Part shown: in pieces, positions 26,280 through 39,537 of the stretch
Numbering within the stretch: position 1 is the stretch's first letter
Layout of the letters: the number at the start of each line of letters is the position of its first letter
DNA from: Botryllus schlosseri
Lineage: Eukaryota
Assembly (NCBI GenBank): GCA_051294905.1
Contig: CM119371.1
Coordinates: forward strand, 33,234,001 to 33,298,000
Direction: 5' to 3'
DNA: 64,000 nt
Translations under genes and position numbers: made by a program
The notes under the pieces: generated by a model
Told to the model about the DNA's origin: nothing
The model's database searches: none
Seen by the model: only the letters and a program-made list of their open reading frames with translations

Positions 26280-27254
26280 GTAAATCGTACATTTTTCACG
26301 GCCGCAATAGAATTCAAATTCTCTCATGAAAGCGGGAATGTACCCAGATCAAAATGATGCACTTTACCAATAATTTGTCATAATATCATGGTAGGGCATT
26401 TCACTTTTGCCACTCATACCAAACGTAGTTCTATACTTGAGCTCTGGGGCCGAAAACCGATAGCTCCCGACATACCTTTAATACTTTCGATGGTAGCGTA
26501 TCGCTACAGAGAAAAAAAAAGTTAGCAATTGTCAAGCATAGATCGATTATAGCGAGAAAAATCCATTGTAATCGATTCCTTGAGTTTTAAAGAGAAACAT
26601 ACATGTTTCAACGGCACACGACGCAAATCATTGTGACGTGGCGCTAATCTGACGACTGGCGCAACTAGCGAGTCGGCTAGTCGGGACACGCCAAGATGAC
26701 TAGCGTTTGGTTACTGATCAATGGCTCTTCATATAAACGTTTGAGCCTCGCAACACCAGTAAGAGTTGATCGGAAAGCGTGCACTACGTTAGTAAAAGTG
26801 CGCCGATAAGTATTGACTGATATGTGCCTGTTAATTGAGAAGTTTCCGAAGGATATGATTATGAGGAGGATTCGTGAAATCGAAATACATCTATTATTTC
26901 ATTAGAACTGAGATCTGCTTTCGAGGGCAACTAGTCGCTGGAAATAACTGACAGGTGTCGTAGTGATTTACATTACCCCACGTGCCGCAATGACGTCATG
27001 AATTCTCAATTGTGATCGCGAATATTGGTGTAAGATTTTTCCCGTGGTTATGAGCATAATACCTCGTTTCTTCTATCCTCAACCAATGGCAAAACTGGAT
27101 CATTGGAGCTCGGTGAGCTATAGTTGAAATCGAAATCAATGTGCGTTACTTATGATAAAAAAGAGTCTCAGCGAATCGATACGGACCGGTGACGGTCGGT
27201 TTCTATAGAAATCAATGTGCTAAATCTGAAATTACGCTTTACCCGTATATACAG

Positions 27255-27404
27255 ATCTGCTGTCCTCGGCAGAAGATTCGGTGCTAGCAAGAATTTTTTA
27301 GTTTTTGATCCATCGGTACCACATTTCCTCCACATATTGCTGTCGAAACTGAATTCAGCAGAACTCATTGCAGCTACAAAGTAGCTCAATGAAGATGGCT
27401 TGCT
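27255..27404 (+). pseudogene. Candidate exon (150 nt, phase 2 to 2, one in-frame TAG)
   Basis: TATACAG acceptor and GTAATG donor. Reads SAVLGRRFGASKNFLVFDPSVPHFLHILLSKLNSAELIAATK*LNEDGL. Confidence 0.5.
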
Positions 27405-27718
27405 GTAATGTTAACTGTACTACAACGGCATAAAACGTGAAAATATCCTGATAAATCTGTGAGCTGCACTCACCGTTTTCATGTTACAAATTTCTCGCCA
27501 CAATGGCATGTTATCTTTCCGTTTCGGTGTCTTTAATCCTATTGCTGGTCATTTTTGCATATTTTACGGACTGCTCCGATTTCTGGATTGCACTTTACGA
27601 ACGTGGTGACAATATTTGTGGAAAAACAGAAAGCTATTTACTTCGTCTTCTTAAATATAGAAGTATTTCGTGGAACAGAACGAACAATATTATTTCGTTT
27701 GAAATGTGTTCTTTCTAG

Positions 27719-27868
27719 CAATAGTCTGGAACTGGAGTATCGTAATTACAGATCCTCATTATAATTGCATTGCTTCGTTATTCTAAGGACCACGGGAAAT
27801 ATGGCCGGACATGACGATGTTTACGAAATCGCCAATGAACTTGATGAAATGAGTTTTGAGGAAAGAAG
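27719..27868 (+). pseudogene. Candidate exon (150 nt, phase 2 to 2, one in-frame TAA)
   Basis: TTCTTTCTAG acceptor and AG|GTGAAT donor. Reads NSLELEYRNYRSSL*LHCFVILRTTGNMAGHDDVYEIANELDEMSFEER. Confidence 0.55.
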
Positions 27869-28241
27869 GTGAATATTGTGCTATACAGCATTTTTATGAA
27901 TATTCATCAAGCCTGAACATTTCTTGCGATTTAAATATATGATTTCGAAGCACACCGCTCTCATCGTGTAGCGCAACGTCAATACTCAAACTGTCACTTA
28001 CTTAAAGACAAGTGTATGGCCTAAAAAGCCTAGTGGATTGTTTTGACAACATGACCACCTTCATTTGGACCAAAGAGTGTTTATCGTAGGAGACTATACT
28101 AATTTGGCGCTCATCATATTACAGCAACGGTATTTTGGCTTCCTTCAAAGACCATTCAAAATGATGTGCTGAATTTGATATATATAATTTCCATATCCTC
28201 ACTATATAACCAAATAACAATATTGCGTTTTGGTTTATTAT

Positions 28242-28755
28242 TAGTGCTGGGCACAATGAGTCGAGTACTCGAATCTGAACCGAGTATTAATTTTAATGAT
28301 TCGAGTCGAGTAGTAAAAAACAATGTTTTTGGGTACTGAAATTATGCGCTTCTCGCAACTGAAAGTTAATTTACTAACGAGAATTATAGTTTTGATACTA
28401 TTTCCACTGAGGAAGCCGTGAAACCTTGATTGACAGTGTCGCAGCATGCAAGACATAGTACAAAGCTACGTACGTTACAGGAAATAACACAATTCCGGAA
28501 TCATAATCATCCCATAACATTGTAAAGAAGTGCAATGAAATCAGTATGGTCGAAAAAATACCTAAGTATCTTTAATGTGACGGATAACAGGCATTATATT
28601 GTTTGTGGTGGCATAAAAGGTATCTATTTGTTCTTTGACATAGTACATTCTGGTGTGACGTCATAATAAGTGATACTCGAATACTCGACTCGACTCGAAG
28701 CGTAATACGTGATTCAGAATCGAATCACTCAGGTACTCGATTTTGGCCAGCCCTA
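28242..28755. mobile_element. hAT (Ac-type) MITE
   Basis: Termini TAGTGCTGGGC...GGCCAGCCCTA, (G)TACTCGA/TCGAGTA subterminal repeats and a flanking TTATTAT duplication (7 bp clear). Confidence 0.75.
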
Positions 28756-29246
28756 TTATTATAGCCAACCTCATGTATAGAGTGACGCCCGCGAATGCAG
28801 CACATGTTGAATGCAGCCCACGAGCTAGAAAGTTTGCCCACCCCTGCCTTGAGGGTCCGTGAATTAGTTTCAGCGGATTCTTGAAAGAGCAATACGTCAT
28901 CAAGAAACTAGAAAAAAAGATTAATATTTGAGAATACGGCATGATTGAGAGTATGACTATATCTGGTCTAGTCATCATTTATCCTAGTATAGGCATGGAA
29001 TAGCCTAAATAATAGACTTACACTTGATATGATAACATTAAAGTCATTGGATTCTGCGATTTTGGGGGTATGTGCAATCGCCCACAACACCTGAAAGAGT
29101 CGCTGACCGAAAAAGTTATGAACCCCTTTGCTACACGGTTCAGCAGTGCTGGTGACATAATTTCGCATGCGTCTTTTAAAACAGAAAATTTGATGTAGCG
29201 CACAAGATGAATCGAATGTTAAGAAGCTCGCAAGCGTGCAGCCACC

Positions 29247-29420
29247 GACAAGATAGGCTAATGGTGAAGCGTCCGGCTTCTTGATCGGTAGGTCGTGGGT
29301 TCGATCCCCGGCCGGGTCAGATCAATGACTTGATTAGTAACACTGGTAATCATGACTTCCTTGTTTGGCGCTCATGCATTACTGGGATAGCATGAAGGGC
29401 TGGTGCAAGACGTAGAAAAG
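29247..29420 (+). mobile_element. tRNA-derived SINE
   Basis: A-box-like TAGGCTAATGG and B-box GGTTCGATCCC at tRNA spacing, followed by a non-tRNA body (..ACTTCCTTGTTTGGCGCTCATGCATTA..). Confidence 0.75.
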
Positions 29421-30485
29421 CCATACAACGCTATATTTGCACCTTGCTTGTCCTGCGGCATGTGCATCTCATGCACTCATGGTATGCGTATAGACAGATC
29501 GTGTATTTCCTTTGTCATCGCGAATCTTCAATCGTGATGGCAAAGGAATAGGAATGGGACGCTATATATTTTGGTCCGTGACGATTTACGGAATAAAATC
29601 GAATCATATGCGTAACATGAGTTCATGCGGGATGAAAGTCTGGTGAAATATTTTCCAGTAGGCATACCTATATTGCCCCTGTTTTTCTGGTATCGTCGAT
29701 CAATGACAAAACGGGACTACATTCATTGTCATATAATTTAACAACTAGAAGGCTTCTTGTATGTGCTTCTTATTAATAGTTCCGTGCAGTAACAAGCACA
29801 TTAGTAGAGAGTAGAGACTCAAATGAAAAGGATATCGCCCAAAGCATGGCTGCAGCACGCTATTCATGGTGTTTGACGACTACTCTTTGTCGACTACTCT
29901 GGTCATTTACAGTAGACCAATTTTCTTTCTTTATTTTTCGTAGCTGCCGACTTGTACCACGGCCCTCTTCTAGGCTTTTTATAAATCACCGTTTCCACGG
30001 ATGAGATGGCGAGACTGTTACCATTGAAATGAACGCTTGATGGTGACAGGTGTAACCACTACTATGGAATAATATTGACTCCGGAATCTCTCGTTTGCAG
30101 GATCAGTCATGGGTACAGTATTATGCCAGAGTTTACCGGTCTAATATTTTCGAGTCCAAAGCCTTTTCCGGATTCGAAATTGAAATTTGAGTAGTCCAAA
30201 TCCCAAACCATGCTCATCTCTGGTGTGCATAAAAATAAAGAAGTGCTTGTCGAACTTCACACAGGCCGTTTTATTGTCCATGTATTAACGGCTATTGTCA
30301 AATTGCAATATTTACGAAAAACGTGATTACATGATAATGATACCCGTTGTCAATCAAAACAGAGTTCCTATTATTCATTTCCCCAACATACCAACAGCTC
30401 ACTAAAATTCGATGAGCTTGGGTGAACGAGAACACGAACCTATGACGTCACGTGACGTCACATCGCTAATTGCGACGCTAAATAC

Positions 30486-32935
30486 CAGGCGTCTCAAACA
30501 GTCCAATGTGCTCGCGGGCCAATGTCCCAGTTTTTGATGACGCCGCATCAATAGTAGCATCAATAATAGGGACATTCAATGTATGTATAATTTCCGAGTA
30601 GGCCTTATTCGACGGTACCTTGCATACAGGGATTCCACAAACATCGTGAAAATGTTATTTACTATTCTACTATTTAACATTGACACGGAAAAATCACATA
30701 TCCAAATATTCGAATAAAATTGTCTTCGAGCCGGGCATAATTTGTTTAAATAATAGGTTATATACACCATGCGTGAAAACAAATGCATCATGACACCGTA
30801 AAAGCTGCCGCGTTATTACATTGCAGCAAGCGGACATTCGACCATTCGAGCATTTGAGCAATGTAGCCTAATCCTGGTCTCTAATATAGCCATGATAGTA
30901 GGCCCTTGTTCATGTCATTACCCAAGTCAAATTAAATCTGCGTTAGATATGCCTTCCATTGGAATAGATCAATAACAATTTAAATATAATATTTATAGTG
31001 TCATAATAATTGCCGCGTTTCTTAACCTTAACCAGCTATCATACCTATTGTGCTTTCAACAAGATATCTCGTATACCTGTCCATTTTCAACACCAGTTAT
31101 GCTGGTATCAACCAAAAAGCCAATTCCCATGTAATCGCGCGTAGCGCAAAGAATATTTGTCAATTGAATAAATTAGCCCGAAAATATTCCACTTTTTGTT
31201 GGTTTGGAAAATAATTTTAAGCTCTAGATAGCATGTAGTCCTAATTCCACAATGCATCTCATACCCCCAAATGTATTGCTTCGTACCCCGAAGGGATCCG
31301 TGAACCCCCGGTTAAGAACCCCTAGAAAAGAAATGTCCGATTGCTGAATGGTCAATTGGGATTACAGCTGTGGATCGTATCACCACCTGACTCGCCACCG
31401 GAAATAATAACATGGATAAGGAGACCAAAGATCCCCCAGGATGACACTATCCATACATTATTGTGACAACAGAATGCCAATGGGTTCCATACTGACATGA
31501 TTAGATAGCTATGTTCGCAACGCAACGCAAGCTACGATCTTCTGATATCTTACTATTCCCCATGACAGATTGATAGCTTGTTGTATCCGTGGTCGTACAA
31601 GGTCACAGCGTTCCGAGTCACAAGTCCTTTGATTTTAGCTTTCAACCCGACTCGACTCGAGTAATCATCAACTTATATCACCCTGCAGTCTGTCCGAATT
31701 CGTGGTAATTTCAAGGACTGTCGCGCTTAGGTCCAAATCACAATTTTAAATCGCAAATCATCAACTGGTCATGTTTTATCATCATGAACTAGAAATCAGT
31801 GTTGGGATCAAGTCGCCACCTTCGAGTCACGAGTCATTTCGAGTCATTGCACATTTTGACTCGAGTCAAGTCAAGTCAATCGATTTTCAAAGGTGACTCG
31901 AGTCAAGTCAAGTCACTCGATTGTTGGAGGTGACTCGAGTCAAGTCAAGTCAAGTCACGAGTCAAGTCACAATTCAAGTCAAGTTGCCTTTTCGAAGTAT
32001 GAAGCATGATTACCTCATTGTATTTTGCTAACTGTCTGAAATACATACTGAGTGGTCATTTACTCTGAACCCCTAAACGAATATAGAGTTGAATATGCAC
32101 GCAAAAAGGCGCTGTATCACCCACATATATAGAACTGGTAAACTACGTAAGTAATTACATAGCCTCGGTTGATAGTTACCAGCCACAATAGAGAATAGAG
32201 AATTGATTGCGAACGAATTGGTAAGACGTAATACATTGCCCATTTACAAATTCATATGATACAATTTGAGCCTGCGCCAATGGTTGGGGACTATATAAAC
32301 TCTATTCGAATTCAATTCCAATAAAACAAGAGGTTTGAGTAAGAGAACATAAATATACATTTTGCCATTCAATTACTTTGCTACTAGTTTACGACAACGT
32401 AAGCCGTAAGCTTCGACCCCTTCGTTTGCGGTCAATCTATTTGTGACAGAACAATGGGTTACACTAGCGTTTCGCGAAAATCCAAACATATGCAAGATAC
32501 AGATTTTAATCGACACCGATTACTTGATGACTTGAAATTGACTCGTGAATTTTGCTCCGAGTCACGAGTCAATCCACATTTCTGATACGCCGAGTCAAGT
32601 CAAGTCAAGTCATTTTAGCAAACTGACTCGAGTCAAGTCAAGTCATACAAAAAAGGTGACTCGAGTCTGACTCGAGTCAAGTCATGACTCGAGTCATCCC
32701 AACACTGCTAGAAATGTAACATAATAGCTCTTCTTCCACCTCATGTTAGCATTTGCAAGTGTTGTGACAGTGACGTGTGATGAGATTTCAGGTTTTTGTT
32801 TTCACATTAAACTTTAAGTAGTCAAATATGAAAAAGATATGTGTCAGTAGAATATATTGTCGAATACATGAAAATCCAAAATGCCATTACGGGCCGCATA
32901 AATTGCTCTCGCGGGCCGCGTGTCTGAGGCCTCTG
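30486..32935. mobile_element. Old Charlie-type MITE enclosing younger insertions
   Basis: Degenerate TIRs CAGGCGTCTCAAAC / GTCTGAGGCCTCTG, TSD CTAAATAC/CTATATAC (7/8) and CGCGGGCC subterminal motifs. Confidence 0.55.
31797..32707. mobile_element. Non-autonomous hAT with GACTCGAGTC/AAGTC subterminal arrays
   Basis: TIRs CAGTGTTGGGAT...ATCCCAACACTG and perfect TSD CTAGAAAT. Confidence 0.93.
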
Positions 32936-33299
32936 CTATATACAATGCTGAAGTACATGCTGGATTTTCAAACGTCACCTAATGGATAAACTACAACAAT
33001 CAAATGCTCATACTATATTTTCCGTCGCTTTGTCAACAAGGTTGAAGCGGAACAGGCTAGGTCGAACAGATTTATTCTTAACAGTCGAACACCAGCTTCT
33101 ATAGTTGTGCCACATATTATCTGAAATCACAATTTATACAGTAACCAATACTCCAATCCGACGGGTTTAGTTATTATGGTGGAATAGGATCAAATTAGGC
33201 TAGATCCTGTCGGCCTGCTAGACTTTTTACATTACCATTGATGCATTCTAAATATCAATTTCATTGATGTAAGTAATCGATCGCTTGACTATGCAAAAT

Positions 33300-34609
33300 T
33301 CACTGACATCCTACATGTAATGTGTTTCGTTCGTGCTATTGTGTGATTGCGTACAAAGATCACATCATAAAGTCAATAACGATTCACCAACGGATAGCTC
33401 AACCAAAGAAGTTAAAATGAAGTGAAAAATTACATATTTCCATATGAACGCAATTACTACTGGTACAGTATTGTTATGGAAGACCGATGTGTCACATTTG
33501 TCGAAGAAAAATTGTTGTAAAAAAGCCTAGAAGCTTCACATGATAGCACGATAATTTAATCTGGAGTTATACATATCGCCTGATCTCAAAGAAAACGTTG
33601 CTAGCTTGGTTTCAAGCCCAGCAATCCATATTTCGTGGCATTTTAAATATTGCCGACGACGTGACGGACGCAATGTTCAAAATTGCTTGGAATATCGATA
33701 AACCGAAGAGTCTGCTAGAGAATGTGTGACTTCAATAGAAATTTAACGTACAGTGCGAATATTCGCTGTTTCCGGAACTTAGCAGCAAGTCCAACATCAC
33801 TTGACAAATTCCGAGGCTACAGTTGTCTGATTCAACACTCAACAGTCACCAGAAGAGTAACAGCTATCTCAGTTGATCTTTTATCGCATGTTTTGAAACA
33901 CGCTGTCACGCATAGACTACTTTAGCCTAGCATTGGACGAATCCATCGACTGCACACAGTGCACACTGTACACACATTGCATAGCTAATTATCCAGGTGC
34001 GTTTTATCAGAGTGGAGATATTTTCAGAGCAAATGCTGACGGGGCAAACGGGGGAAGGGGACCAGTGAGAAACATCAATTTGAGAAAGCAGACTTCTTTC
34101 TGTAACTATTGGTGTAAGGCTCCAGCCATGGAAGGAAAGGAGAAGAGTTGATTGGTTTGCTCAGAAATGTCCCCGAACGTCCGACTTTTTATAGCACTGA
34201 GAGCTCAAAGTGATAATGACCTCTGCAACGAAAATTTCACCGTAATTTTATACTTGCTCTCTCAGGCATTGAAACAGCGAGTTCGGTTCTCTGGTGGAAG
34301 GGTTTGAACGATACATATGTCAACATAGCAACGAATAGAATGTATGCTCCATGAAGGGATTTAGCCTACTGGCGCCACTTGAAGATAGATATCCTCACAA
34401 AAAACAGCAACTGCAAAATTACGAACGCTCTCCATTAATGCTTTAGAATGCATAAAAAAGACTAAATTCCCGCATAAGACTGGTAAACAGGCTACAATAG
34501 CCTAAATTTAATAGTGTTTCACAAATACATGGTGATAATGTTCTGCGGCCAGCGGCGTCTTTCAGTGTAAAAATGCGGCCCGTTATACGAGGGAAGTTGA
34601 GAACCCCTG
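33300..34609 (+). pseudogene. Highly decayed Charlie/SPIN-type hAT transposase with right TIR
   Basis: Fragments AMFKIAWNI, STVTRRVTAISVDL, DYFSLALDESIDC, LIIQVRFI and APAMEGKEK appear in the expected order. It ends in GTTGAGAACCCCTG at 34609. Confidence 0.75.
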
Positions 34610-35514
34610 CTCTAAGTTTCGGAGGTTCACACACAGAACGCGAACGTGAATAGCAAGAGCACAGCATTCCTACAACTGAACTAGGCACTACTTGTAGTCG
34701 AATTTCGAGTGCTGTGTGGGTACGTTATGTTTCTTGTGGCGTACTCAGGAAAGGTTTGGGATCGAAATCGAAACTCCATCCATTTGAAACGTCAATTCTA
34801 TCTCCAATATTTATAAACTCATTCGCAATTAGGCAATTAATATCACGTTGTGGCGTTTCTATCGATGACATCTCCAAAAGTGAAGCCACACATTTCAGAA
34901 CTAGTATTTGAACGGGACGGAAGAAGTCTCACTGATTTCCGATGAATATTGTTTTCACGTTGTGTGATGATCACATTTTAATGGTTTTGCTCATTTAACG
35001 CTCTTGTTGATGCAGGTTCATTTTGTGCACCAGTAATATACAGTATCGTATGCGACGTGTATTAGTTAGGTGTGTATTGCGATAAATTCTGTTTTGATGA
35101 CTCAGCAAAAACCCAGGGTTCTCGAAGGCTTGCGGCTTAGCGTGAATGTTGTTCACATGTCCCGTTAGGTCAAGTTTAAGAAACACAGCTATATAGTGTG
35201 ATGTTTATAATGATATCAGTAGTTTATAAAATATTTAAACAAATCGGCACTCTGCTTTACAGCCGAAAATGACTCATCCACGCTTCATAAATAGGCGCGT
35301 GGTTTGTTTGCATTTGAGAACAGTTGGTTTTCTTGGAATCCAACTCTTGGCCGATACATATTTTTCTTGAAACTTAATTCAGCAGAACGCGTTTCAGTTT
35401 GAAATAGTACAATGGATACGGACTCGACGTACAGGTTTTCTGTTATACAAAGACATATATGGCACTTACCAAAAAGGCTCCATTCATGGATAGATCTGTG
35501 AACGGCAAATGTAC

Positions 35515-36290
35515 AGTCTATTTACATTTAACATGACTTGGTAAAGTTTCTGGTAGATTTGAGAAGCAAATCATGTCGTCTGTTAGTCAATGTTTCATGT
35601 GGGTACAACCTAGGATTGTTTTCACCACAAAATCTCTCTTTCCTGCAACACAGGAGGATGTACTACCTGCCACAAAACAGAGTAGTATTATTTACAATTA
35701 TGCGTGCCACTGCGACAGTCGGTATGTGGGTCGTACTTCACTTCGTTTGCAACAAAGAATCAATCAATCAACCAACATGTGCCCAAGCAGATTAGAAAAC
35801 CTGACGTGAATGCTACTTCAGACAGTCAATTGCAGACCAGTAACCCTTTCTTGCGCGACTATGACCAGACCATGGAATGTAACTCTGCAATAGGTCAGCA
35901 CCTTCTTACGCATCCAGAGTGTGCAAAATCGCATAACGATAACAGATTTTCAATTCTTGCTCGTGTACGTAGTCTGTTCCATTTAAAGGTTCTCGAATCG
36001 ACTATAATAAAACTCGAGCAACCGATTCTTTATCGGCAAAAGGATCGACTCTATTCTCTCCGTGTATTTCATTAGTGTTGCGTCTCTGGCTATATATAGC
36101 TTATTTGTATTGCACGAATTGCATTTTTGCTTAACGCTCCCTTTTTGTGAAATCTCTCGTTGTTGTTGTTATACCCTTCTTACGTCACACTACCTATTTC
36201 ATCTTTACATTTCGAATTGTAATCTCCGTATTATACTTACGGCCACTACCGATGAGGGTCAGTTGAAAAGCTTATAGTGAATAAATTGCG
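35515..36290 (+). mobile_element. Penelope-like retroelement 3' portion (GIY-YIG endonuclease, frameshifted)
   Basis: KQSSIIYNYACHCDSRYVGRTSLRLQQRINQ/(frameshift in an ATCA run)/HVPKQIR..NSAIGQHLLTHPECA..FSILAR..LKVLESTIIKLEQPILYRQK, followed by a hammerhead-like motif and AATAAA. Confidence 0.9.
36244..36279 (+). ncRNA. Minimal type I hammerhead ribozyme-like motif (degenerate)
   Basis: CACTA-CCGATGA-GGGTCAGTT-GAAA-AGCT-TA-TAGTG. Stem I is CACTA/TAGTG, the core has one mismatch to CUGAUGA, stem III is the palindrome AGCT, and the UA cleavage site is present. Confidence 0.7.
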
Positions 36291-36316
36291 AATATGAATG
36301 TGTTGTTCGTTTCACT

Positions 36317-36650
36317 TTAAGGATGGTGTAAATGAGCGGCCCACATTCACGTTCGGTGCGTGTACCTTCGAAATTTGTAGGTTTGCGTTCGCAAACGAAC
36401 CTTTTCTCTGTTCTGTGAACCGTATTCGTGAACCGTATTCGTGAAATACAATTTTACAGGTAAATATAGCATATTTGGTTGAATTGCTTTGTATTTCCAC
36501 TCCGGACCACTGTCTGCACTGTCTGTCATCAACACTAAAACGAGCATACACCTTGTCGATTTCCAACAAAAAAAATAACTTGCTTTTTTACAAAAGTTAA
36601 GTAGAAATATTCCGCTTTCCGTTTGTGAATATTTTGTGACTTTTCCAACC
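36317..36650 (+). mobile_element. Truncated relative of the 42533-43537 hAT MITE
   Basis: Starts TAAGGATGGTGTAAA and is colinear with 42533-42850. Confidence 0.7.
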
Positions 36651-37079
36651 AATCAATCAATTAGTTTTATTAATATTTTCATCATTTCAAAACATCACAA
36701 GTTTCTAGTCCGACCAAGGTAGACTACAATAATGCCATCTGGTGGTCTATCTATAGCAGAGGCGGCCAACATTTTCGGTCAATGGGCCACATCAGATTTA
36801 AGATCCATTGCGGGATCCACTTGAACGCTCATGACCTTTTATTAGCCGTCCGATAGCAGCAAACCGGATGAAGTAACAATAAAAACAAGACGCATATTAC
36901 TTCGCATAAAAATCGATAACTAGTATTTCATGAAAATTATTTCACACGAAGTGCGATGACAATTTTAAAATTTTTCCACATTTAGTTGAATGTTAATTTC
37001 CAAAGAAATCTCAAGGATCCATAGAACCTTTGTTCTGTTATATATTAATTTCTATACATTCCTATGTCTCTACTACAAG

Positions 37080-37225
37080 GTCATTATTCTTCGACGCCCC
37101 TTACTGCCCCTCTGATCCCGGCGTGCACCCCATATCGCCCGCTGAGAGTTTTCGCCACGTTCAAAATCGAAATCAACCCCTGCTGGGGGCGCTGGAGACA
37201 AGGCTAATACCTAAGAACCGCTGAT
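37080..37225 (+). pseudogene. Candidate exon with a frame lesion near its 3' end
   Basis: CTACTACAAG acceptor and GTAATG donor. Reads SLFFDAPYCPSDPGVHPISPAESFRHVQNRNQPLLGALETRLIPKN; removing 1 nt at ~37218 gives ..KNAD in phase 0. Confidence 0.5.
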
Positions 37226-37624
37226 GTAATGTTTAACGTTCCAAGGCGTACCATTTCCCCAGTACCATATTCAATACTAGATATTTGTTTTGGTAGTATG
37301 GCATCACGCACCCAAAAGATTTCCGAACTTTCGAATTGGATTCCTTTTATTATAGACCTTCGCTGTATGTTGATGACAGTCAGTCGAAAAGCTTTTGTTG
37401 AATAAATTAACAGTATGAATATATGGTTTTGTGCTAAATATTTTTTCGTCCGCACTGTTGAGCTCACTGTGCATGATTCTAGTGTTATATTTCAGCAAAG
37501 CCAATATTAAAAAGCGACGAATAGAGCTGACAAGGGAAATATTCGACCAGCTGACAGCTGACCAGGTGACATATTAAAAAGTTTCCGACCCATATTTTTG
37601 CCCATCTCAAGCGCTTCTTCATAG

Positions 37625-37837
37625 GTCTTGGAAGGAGAAAATCCCGACCACCCGAATCGCGAAACCAGATTGGATCTAATTCATATCGAACAGCCCATTT
37701 ACCATGATCCCGACAGCAAAGACCTTGTCGCGTATGCTTGGCAAGAACATCAAATTTACACACCGAACACTTCCAAAGGACAACAGACTATTTTGTTTGT
37801 GGGCATGAGCACGGATGATTCGTGTGCGACAGACAAG
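37625..37837 (+). pseudogene. Candidate exon (213 nt, phase 0 to 0)
   Basis: TTCTTCATAG acceptor and AAG|GTTCGG donor. Only this frame is open: VLEGENPDHPNRETRLDLIHIEQPIYHDPDSKDLVAYAWQEHQIYTPNTSKGQQTILFVGMSTDDSCATDK. Confidence 0.6.
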
Positions 37838-39537
37838 GTTCGGATAAGTAACAGTTTCTATGGTTATCCATATAGGAAATAGCAGGGTTGTAATGATTCG
37901 AGTCACGATTTTTTGTGACTCGACTTGACTCGAGTCATTTTCTTGAAATGGGAAAATGACTCGACTCGACTCGAGTCAATATTTGGATTGACTCGACTTG
38001 TACTCGAGTCATTACGCATGACTCGACTCAAGTCATTGACTTGGCTTATTTTATGTGACTTGAAGGTGATGAAAGTTGCGAATCACAATGGTTAGATCAA
38101 CGCATGTGACGAATTCTGTCGACATCGCTATTTGTCACCACTGCTTTCGTTGCACTCATCTGATATCAGATATGCGCCGCCGTAAAAACAAAAGACAATG
38201 GTAGATAGTAGCAAAGAGCAATGCATTGTACAAAATCATCCAGTGATAAAGAGGTAATAGATTCTCCGCCATCAAAGTACTCAAGACATTTCAATTATAC
38301 AAGCAAACAATCGAAGCAAAGTCCAATTAGAGCCAACGAAATGACTCCGATGGTCAAGTAGCCTACTTAGAAGAGACTGATAAGCTCATGTGTAGATATG
38401 AAGGCGATGATTCTTTGCATTTTTGGCCGACTAGAATGGATGAGTATCTAATGCTCTTCAGTGTGGTTCAAAATTGCTTTTCAATTCCTGCATCTAATGC
38501 AGCAGAGGAACGTGTATCCAGTGGATGTGGATTATTCTAAGGCCATACCGCCTCAGCATATATGAGAATCTCCTTTCCACTTTAGTATTTTTCAAGTGTA
38601 ACTCATTGATTTGATCTGCTGTCTGTGAAAACACACAATACCCTCCGTCCGTTTGACGTTTTGTTAGGTATGTGCATTGTGCACGCGATAATAATGAATT
38701 GCTAATGTTGTGTGATAGTTGTACAATAGGGCCGATCAAAAATACCTTTTTTATTCTACTGGGTGGCTACTTGATAAAATTGCTACGTTGCATAAAAAGA
38801 ACACTGAATCTGGCCTAATTTGAAAAAGTGGAACCAATGAAATGGGAGGAGAAAATTTTGGATTTGAAAATACATGGAGTATTTTTAGTGAGAAATGATT
38901 TCATATAATATAATTACATACTAGCAGTAAGTCGACTATTTTTTCATATCCAAAATATTCCACTCCAATAACTCCGCTTCTTCTAGTTGGAATTGAGCCA
39001 AATTTTCATATTTTTACACAATCTAACAATATCATGAGATAGCCGGTATATTTCGAAAGTCTCTATTTGTAAATAATCCAAAATATTTTCTTTTAGCATT
39101 GCTTTCTACTGGTTGGAATTAAGCCAAATTTAGGCTCTTTTAGATAATCTAACAATTTTAAGAAGTAGCCTCTTTTTTGAGATTCTTTCCTCGTTTTTGA
39201 GAATTTTTTTGGTAATTGTAGGGCTAATTCGACTAAGACAACAGTAAATCAGCACTAAAGTAACGCTCCGGCGACTATTTCGGGAGCAGGAAAGTTGACC
39301 TTTTTTCTGGTCAACCACCTGATATGATGTGAAAGCAAAACTGTACCTCTACATAAGCGTTTATCTGTTGATTCTTTACCAGCTTGTATCTAGCTAGACG
39401 TGAATTCGTAGGTCCTCTATCAGATAGTATGTAGACGTGAATTCGTTAATTCTCTATAAGCCATTTGTGAGCGGTCGTCGATGCGCTCGTTATAAAAACT
39501 GAATGCTTTTATTTGTGATATATCAGATTGACTAGAC

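Noticed and set aside
29247..29320. Functional tRNA gene (also 48262-48345)
   Set aside because: Acceptor and D stems pair poorly, there is no poly-T terminator, and the sequence continues into a SINE-like body.
29944..30050. Exon behind a strong pyrimidine-tract acceptor
   Set aside because: The relevant frames contain stops and the sequence is a dispersed repeat also seen at ~17935-18050.
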